NCBI GenBank assembly: GCA_048938445.1
Contig: JBHLME010000137.1
Location: 1 to 11,542, forward strand
Length of the DNA: 11,542 bases
Reading direction: 5' to 3'
Origin: Promethearchaeota archaeon
Lineage (GTDB): Archaea; Asgardarchaeota; Lokiarchaeia; Sigyniarchaeales; SOKP01
The position numbers and the translations under genes are program-made. A model generated the notes under the pieces. The model saw nothing but the letters and a program-made list of their open reading frames with translations. It was not told where the DNA came from and made no database searches. Shown here piece by piece: positions 6,580 to 11,542 of the stretch (the first letter of the stretch is position 1; each line of letters begins with the position of its first letter).

Positions 6580-7753
6580 AGAATTTTTAGGTTATCAACG
6601 ACCAAAGAATTTAGTAGGAATACGTAATAAAATCGCCATTTTATCCTCTGTAGTATGTGTTAATCATATTGTAGAACAAATCGTAAAAAAAGTTGAAAAT
6701 GCAGTAGCAATAACTCATCCACTTGGTTGTGGACAATTTGGAACCGATTTATCATATACAGTACGTACTTTGGCAGGTCTTGCTATTAATCCTAATCTCT
6801 ATGGAGTAGTTATTATAGGTCTTGGATGTGAAAATTTAACGAGCAATCTCTTAGCAAGACATATAAAAAGATCTAAGAAACCAGTTGAATTTTTTAATCT
6901 TCAAGATATAAGCGGAGGATCAATAGCAGCCATTGAAAAGGGAATAGAATATGGTAAAAAAATGGCTATTGAAGCAAATGAATTAAAAAGAGAGCCATTT
7001 GATTTTTCCCATTTGGTTTTAGGATTAGAATGCGGAGGTTCTGATTCAATATCGGGGATTACTGCAAATCCTGTTGTAGGCATTGTGTCTGATAAAGTTA
7101 TTGAATTAGGCGGTACCTCAATTCTTCCTGAATTTACAGAATGGATTGGAACAGAGCATTTATTGATGAGACGAGCAATAAATGAAAAAGTTGCTACAGA
7201 TATTCATCATCCAATTAAAAAATTTTTAGAGAACACCATGAAAATGGGTATTGATTTTACAGGATTCCAACCTACACCTGGAAATATTAAAGGAGGATTG
7301 ACTACAATAGAAGAGAAATCCTTAGGCAATATTGCTAAATCGGGTAAAGCTCCAATACAGGGAGTATTAGATTATTCAGTAAAACCAAGAAAAAAACGAT
7401 TATGGTTAATGATAGAACCTGGTTTTGACATCGAATCTATGACTGGTCTGGCGGCTGCTGGAGCTCAAGTAATTATAATGACTACTGGTCGAGGGAGTCC
7501 TTGTGGAAATCCTGTAGCGCCTGTAATTAAAGTATGCGGTAATGTTAAAACGTGTGATTGGATGAGAATCAATATTGATATAGATGCAAGTAAAATTATT
7601 ACAGAAAATATTTCGATAGAAAATATTGCTGATAATTTATGGGAAAAATTAAAAAATACTTGCAATGGGGATCTAACACAAGCAGAGATTTTGGGTTTCA
7701 AGGATATAGCAATCTGGCGTGTAACAGGTACTTTTCCCTTTTCTCTTAAATAA
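6572..7753 (+). CDS. uxaA: UxaA-family large subunit (altronate/galactarate dehydratase or SuyB-like lyase)
   Basis: 393 aa with FLGYQR..VGIRN, SSVVC, HPLGCGQ, GLGCE, GLECGGSD.SG.TANP, PTPGNIKGGLTTIEEKSLG and TTGRGSP. TTG start overlaps the upstream gene by 8 nt (TTGACTGA) with GAGGA at 6559-6563. The symbol is family-level only. Confidence 0.92.
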   Translation: MTEEFLGYQRPKNLVGIRNKIAILSSVVCVNHIVEQIVKKVENAVAITHPLGCGQFGTDLSYTVRTLAGLAINPNLYGVVIIGLGCENLTSNLLARHIKRSKKPVEFFNLQDISGGSIAAIEKGIEYGKKMAIEANELKREPFDFSHLVLGLECGGSDSISGITANPVVGIVSDKVIELGGTSILPEFTEWIGTEHLLMRRAINEKVATDIHHPIKKFLENTMKMGIDFTGFQPTPGNIKGGLTTIEEKSLGNIAKSGKAPIQGVLDYSVKPRKKRLWLMIEPGFDIESMTGLAAAGAQVIIMTTGRGSPCGNPVAPVIKVCGNVKTCDWMRINIDIDASKIITENISIENIADNLWEKLKNTCNGDLTQAEILGFKDIAIWRVTGTFPFSLK

Positions 7754-7775
7754 ACAGTGATAACTCACTTCATTT

Positions 7776-9578
7776 TTACGTTTGAGCTGTTAAACTTGAC
7801 TCTATTTCATCGAATTTTCCTTCTATTATTCTCTGAAATTCCGATCTGTTAAACGTTTTATATTTTTTTAGACTGTCATTCCAGATCATAAGCTGATCTT
7901 GAATGATTTCAATATTATAACCTTCCTTTTTGAGGTTAATCTTTCTTATTTTAAAACTACTGGAAGTTGTTTCGAGGTCATCACAGATACGTATGAAAAT
8001 TGGAATGGCATATCTTGGTAATACTTCGTAAATGAATCGTGAAAAATCATTGATATCAAACTTAATTGCCAGATCTAATTTAATTGCTGCCATACAAGCT
8101 TTTCCTTCAGTATTAGGTATTGCCACACCATATACAGCAGATGTTTGTATAGATTGGTATGAATTTAAAATAGATTCTACCTCTAATGTAGAGACATTTT
8201 CTCCTTTCCAACGGAATGTGTCACCAAATCGATCTGCAAATGAAATATACAAATCTTCGTGGAGTTTTAACATATCCCCAGTATTAAAATATACATCGTT
8301 TTTTCTAAGAACGTTATGCATAATTTTTTTCTGAGTCATCTCTTTATCTTTATATCCTGTAAAAAAGGTCATCTTATCTAATTTCATTAAGGCCATCCCT
8401 ATGTCGCCAGATTCACATAAAATACAAAATCCTTTCTCATTTCTATAAAATTCACCAGTTTCTGGATCAACTTTTGCTAAAATAAGCCCCGTCTGATTAT
8501 TCCGTCCGACCATTCCAGGGACTTCATTAACATTACCAAACAACCGAATACCTTCGGTTAAGCCATAAAATTCATAAATATGATCAACTTTAAAGCGAGA
8601 TTGAAAGCGTTCCCAGACATCTTTTCTGAGTCCTAAACCTGTCATCTTTTCAAGAGTATGGTTTTTTTCATATTCTGACGCTGGTTGATTAAGAAGATAT
8701 CGAGTTATTTCCCCGATGTACATAGTAAAAGTTGCTTTATAATTCTGAATATCTTTCCAGAACTCTGAAGCTGAAAATCTTTTTCTCAGCGCAACAGCTG
8801 CGCCAGTCGCGAATGATGTGGTCCAAGCAATTCCTATCCCCAAATTATGATACAATGGAGTGGGGATGTAAATGATATCTTGAGAAGATACTTTAGACAA
8901 GGCGATTCCAATGTATAATGCTTGAGTATACAATTTAAAATTATCCATAATTACCGCTTTAGGAAGGCCAGTCGTACCTGAGGTAAATATATAAAGAGCA
9001 GTTTGTCGTAAAATAGAATCAAAAGTTGTTTTAGGATTAGATTTAGATGTGGATTTTAGCTGATCTGGTAACTCAATAAAATCATGTGAAATACTTTCAT
9101 TATTATTAATTACATAAATTTGTTCATTCTTATGAGGAAGGTCTTGAAGAGTCTCATTAAGGGATGTTAAACAATATCCATCAACTACAATCCATCGCGG
9201 ATCAACAATTTTAAACGCATGAGTTAATGCTTTTTTTCTTTGATAAATGTTCATAAGAGCAGTGATGCCTTGAATTTTATTTATTCCACTTGTAAGAAAG
9301 AGATATTCAGGTGAATTTTCAAGCATTATTGCAATAGTATCTCCTGGATTTAATCCTAAATTATAAAAATAATTAGCAATTCTATTAGTTTCCTCGTTAA
9401 AAGCCTGCCAAGTCCATGATGAATCCTGAAAATATAAAGCACACTTATTTGGCATTTCTTCTGCTAATTGCTCAATTTTTGTGCCGATACTCTGCTTTGG
9501 ATTTTTGATTATCTTATCCATTAATTCTACAAATTTCTTTACTTGTTCAATTTCTTTTTGGGTATAAAGATCAACCAT
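7776..9578 (-). CDS. FATP/SLC27-type (FadD6-like) long-chain acyl-CoA synthetase
   Basis: 600 aa with AMP-binding YIFTSGTTGLPKA, FSASEFWKD, YIGEITRYL, EFYGLTEG, YFNTGDML and the FATP signature DRFGDTFRWKGENVSTLEVE. Confidence 0.95.
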   Translation of the reverse strand: MVDLYTQKEIEQVKKFVELMDKIIKNPKQSIGTKIEQLAEEMPNKCALYFQDSSWTWQAFNEETNRIANYFYNLGLNPGDTIAIMLENSPEYLFLTSGINKIQGITALMNIYQRKKALTHAFKIVDPRWIVVDGYCLTSLNETLQDLPHKNEQIYVINNNESISHDFIELPDQLKSTSKSNPKTTFDSILRQTALYIFTSGTTGLPKAVIMDNFKLYTQALYIGIALSKVSSQDIIYIPTPLYHNLGIGIAWTTSFATGAAVALRKRFSASEFWKDIQNYKATFTMYIGEITRYLLNQPASEYEKNHTLEKMTGLGLRKDVWERFQSRFKVDHIYEFYGLTEGIRLFGNVNEVPGMVGRNNQTGLILAKVDPETGEFYRNEKGFCILCESGDIGMALMKLDKMTFFTGYKDKEMTQKKIMHNVLRKNDVYFNTGDMLKLHEDLYISFADRFGDTFRWKGENVSTLEVESILNSYQSIQTSAVYGVAIPNTEGKACMAAIKLDLAIKFDINDFSRFIYEVLPRYAIPIFIRICDDLETTSSSFKIRKINLKKEGYNIEIIQDQLMIWNDSLKKYKTFNRSEFQRIIEGKFDEIESSLTAQT

Positions 9579-9583
9579 ATAAT

Positions 9584-9637
9584 CTCCTCTTAATCATTTA
9601 ACTAATGAAATAAATATGAATAGTTATAAAACTTTCC
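9584..9637 (-). promoter_or_regulatory. Archaeal BRE/TATA-like promoter plus SD of the acyl-CoA synthetase
   Basis: The minus strand reads GGAAAG-TTTTATAA (9637-9624), about 50 nt upstream of the ATG, and GAGGAG (9589-9584) 5 nt before ATG 9578. Confidence 0.6.
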
Positions 9638-9645
9638 ATCAAAAT

Positions 9646-9674
9646 CATAATTACATAATTTCCATAATTTCATA
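9646..9674. repeat. Short tandem repeat of CATAATT(A/T), about 3.5 copies
   Basis: cataatta (9646) cataattt (9654) c cataattt (9663) cata (9671), directly upstream of the BRE/TATA of the acyl-CoA synthetase. Confidence 0.55.
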
Positions 9675-9774
9675 GTGTCTAAATTTTGATTTGGAAAAAA
9701 TTTTAAATTTGTTGATTTAAAAGTTTCTATAAATTTTAACATACATTAAGATTTGATTTAATAAAAAAATAATT

Positions 9775-9790
9775 AAAGATTTTTATAGAA
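9775..9790 (+). promoter_or_regulatory. BRE/TATA-like element for the small Cys-rich ORF
   Basis: AAAGATTTTTATAGAA about 60-75 nt upstream of ATG 9852. Confidence 0.35.
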
Positions 9791-9851
9791 TGAATCATAC
9801 TTTCACAACTATTTTTAAATTTTTCCATTTTACCCCAAAAATTTATTAGAA

Positions 9852-10034
9852 ATGAATAGCTTTAAAAAAATAATGAGTTCTAAATCAAAATTTAATATTA
9901 ATAGTGAAAAAATTAACCTACTTCTATGTCCTTTTAAGGACAAGTGTGTTCTAAAAAAAATAGAGACTTGTCAATTTCCTGACTTTTGTGCTTGTCCCGA
10001 ATATCAAGCGAAGAAAAAAAAACTGCTACAATAG
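9852..10034 (+). CDS. Small basic Cys-rich protein, putative metal-binding microprotein
   Basis: 60 aa (53 aa if it starts at ATG 9873). CPFKDKC-x7-CQFPDFCACPEY has five Cys in 23 aa, followed by a poly-Lys tail. It sits in an otherwise non-coding gap and overlaps nothing. Confidence 0.65.
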   Translation: MNSFKKIMSSKSKFNINSEKINLLLCPFKDKCVLKKIETCQFPDFCACPEYQAKKKKLLQ

Positions 10035-10236
10035 AGCATAGAAATAATCGCTCAAGTCTTTATAAATTTATTAAGTTTTTTTCGTGTTAAGTTATTAATT
10101 TAAAAAAACTAAAAAATTATAGGAAAACTCTTAAAATATAGACAGTATCTTTGAGCTAAGAAATATTTAAAAATATTAACAATTATTTAGATAAAAAAAA
10201 TATATATCGAATTCAAATAAAAAGGAAGTATATAAT

Positions 10237-10974
10237 ATGAGTTTAGAAGGATTGACACATCTAGAAATTATTAGGGGCATTAGTAATATATTTAGCATGA
10301 TACTTTCGATTACATTAGGAATATTAATGGCTCGTAAGTATTTTAAATATAAACAAATAGAACTTTTGATAATGGGACTTAATTTTATTGCTCTATCCGC
10401 TTTAGCGTGGGGGCCTATTTTAGCATTCATAATGTATGTTTTTTTTAGTGTTGAAATTTCAGACACATTATATTTATTCCTTGTATGGGGACTTGGACAC
10501 GTGTCTATTATATTATGGATGTATGTGTTTAGCCATCTTGTTTATCCAAAATGGAGTAAACAAATTGTAATAGTAGTTTTAATATTTATTATCTTATACG
10601 AGATTTTTGTAATCACATTTTTATTCATAGATCCATCTATGGTTGCTGTAAGAGTAGAACTAATGAATAGTGATCCTAGTCTTTATGTAAGTATTTTCTC
10701 ATTAATTATATTAATAAATGCAATTATTACCTATACCCTATTTTTTAGAGATACCTTACGCTCAGTTGAACAAAAAATCCGATTGAAAGGGAAATTCGTT
10801 TATTCTGGCGCAATCTTGTATATTGTAAGTCGTATAATAGATGTTATTGTTCCTTTGGATCTGGTAATGTTATTTTTAACAAGATCTCTTATAACAATAT
10901 CTTCTATTATAACTTATATTGGATGGGTTATGCCAGATCGAATAGCAAAATGGTTCATTAAAGAGAAGCAATAA
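10237..10974 (+). CDS. Standalone ~7-TM membrane protein of unknown function
   Basis: 245 aa with seven hydrophobic segments, basic loops (RKYFKYK, KIRLKGK) and a C-terminal GWVMPDRIAKWF. Purine-rich AAGGAAG upstream and an oligo-T tract downstream. Confidence 0.85.
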   Translation: MSLEGLTHLEIIRGISNIFSMILSITLGILMARKYFKYKQIELLIMGLNFIALSALAWGPILAFIMYVFFSVEISDTLYLFLVWGLGHVSIILWMYVFSHLVYPKWSKQIVIVVLIFIILYEIFVITFLFIDPSMVAVRVELMNSDPSLYVSIFSLIILINAIITYTLFFRDTLRSVEQKIRLKGKFVYSGAILYIVSRIIDVIVPLDLVMLFLTRSLITISSIITYIGWVMPDRIAKWFIKEKQ

Positions 10975-10986
10975 TAAAATAATTGA

Positions 10987-10996
10987 TTTTTTTTTT
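10987..10996 (+). terminator. Oligo-T tract, probable terminator
   Basis: T10 run starting 13 nt after the stop codon of the 7-TM gene. Confidence 0.5.
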
Positions 10997-11156
10997 ACAT
11001 TTTTAACATTAATTGATAATTCTGATTTTGATCCTCAAAGATTTAGAGTATAGCAATAATCTTTAGATTTTTTTTTAATTTGGATGTCATATTTATCTAT
11101 GAAATGGTTTAATTCAAAACGAAATATATTATAATGTTGAAAAAAGATATTACTTA

Positions 11157-11174
11157 CGTAATTTCATAATTACG
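11157..11174. promoter_or_regulatory. Inverted repeat CGTAATT-tcat-AATTACG, candidate operator
   Basis: Perfect 7-bp arms containing CG in very AT-rich intergenic DNA, about 100 nt upstream of the terminal ORF. Confidence 0.3.
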
Positions 11175-11268
11175 CATTTAAATAAGAAAATTTTTAAATT
11201 AATAATTATTAGTGAGAAGTTAATACCCATTCGTCAACCGAAAATTAAATTTGCATGGAGAAAAAATA

Positions 11269-11542
11269 TTGGAATTAATGCAAACACCCGACGAGAGTTT
11301 TGAAAGCTATTACAATAATTCATTAGAAAAAATGGATAAAATTAAGATAAGCTATTTTTACTATTTACTTGGATTTCATATCAATTGGTACTTTCTTTTA
11401 TTATATTCATTGTCCTTCGTTAATAGCAGTTCAGAAAGAATTTCAGAAATAATCTCCCATAATATCACCGTATTCTTTACATCTTTAAATTATTATTTAG
11501 GAATAAGAACTGTTGTATTTGACGCAATGAAAAGAATAAAAA
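11269..11542 (+). CDS. Possible hypothetical ORF, open to the right edge
   Basis: The frame has no stop from 11224 to the end (~106 codons). TTG at 11269 has GGAG 8 nt upstream, and there is an in-frame ATG at 11278: MQTPDESFESYYNNSLEKMDKIKISYFYYLLGFHINWYFLLLYSLSFVNSSSERISEIISHNITVFFTSLNYYLGIRTVVFDAMKRIK. No recognisable motif; may be degenerate. Confidence 0.3.
   Translation, partial: MELMQTPDESFESYYNNSLEKMDKIKISYFYYLLGFHINWYFLLLYSLSFVNSSSERISEIISHNITVFFTSLNYYLGIRTVVFDAMKRIK

Noticed and set aside
6298-7753. Calling the pair suyAB (sulfolactate sulfo-lyase)
   Set aside because: A split architecture also occurs in other UxaA-family dehydratases, and the substrate cannot be read from the motifs.
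7756-7769. AGTGA-taac-TCACT hairpin between the convergent uxaA-like and ligase genes
   Set aside because: A 5-bp stem is too weak to call a terminator.
6901-8334. ORFs 6901-7083 (-), 7465-7701 (-) and 8032-8334 (+)
   Set aside because: Antisense shadows of the UxaA-like and acyl-CoA synthetase genes.
10176-10466. ORF 10176-10466 (-)
   Set aside because: Mostly antisense to the 7-TM gene; no independent support.
10237-10974. Possible rhodopsin, heliorhodopsin or schizorhodopsin
   Set aside because: TM7 has no retinal-binding Lys (no DxxxK or SxxxK; it reads FLTRSL), and TM3 has no RY/RW motif.
1-11542. CRISPR array, tRNA/rRNA genes, IS elements
   Set aside because: No regularly spaced 25-40 nt repeats, no GC-rich structured island, and no transposase motif or terminal inverted repeats were seen by eye.

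Overview
Very AT-rich window (roughly 30% GC by eye) of tightly packed metabolic genes. The protein families (standalone 7-TM protein, SCP2-like domain, small Cys-rich protein), BRE/TATA-like promoters and oligo-T terminators suggest an archaeon, most likely Asgard/Lokiarchaeia-like (inference). Gene order: 5' part of an SCP-x-type thiolase (-, runs off the left edge, absent from the ORF track); type-B carboxylesterase (+); QueG/reductive-dehalogenase-fold cobalamin/Fe-S protein (-); SCP2-like + 8-TM fusion protein (-); an unannotated degraded 3' remnant of a URO-D/MtaA-family gene (-); PanE/ApbA-family 2-oxoacid reductase (-); split UxaA/SuyAB-type dehydratase/lyase pair (+); FATP/SLC27-type acyl-CoA synthetase (-); small Cys-rich ORF (+); standalone 7-TM protein (+); and a doubtful ORF running off the right edge. 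No rRNA, tRNA, CRISPR array or transposase was seen. The best candidate for an undescribed system is the apparent two-gene operon that couples a membrane-anchored SCP2-like lipid carrier to a QueG/RdhA-fold reductase inside a lipid-catabolic neighbourhood. All functional calls come from motif recognition only; no database searches were run.
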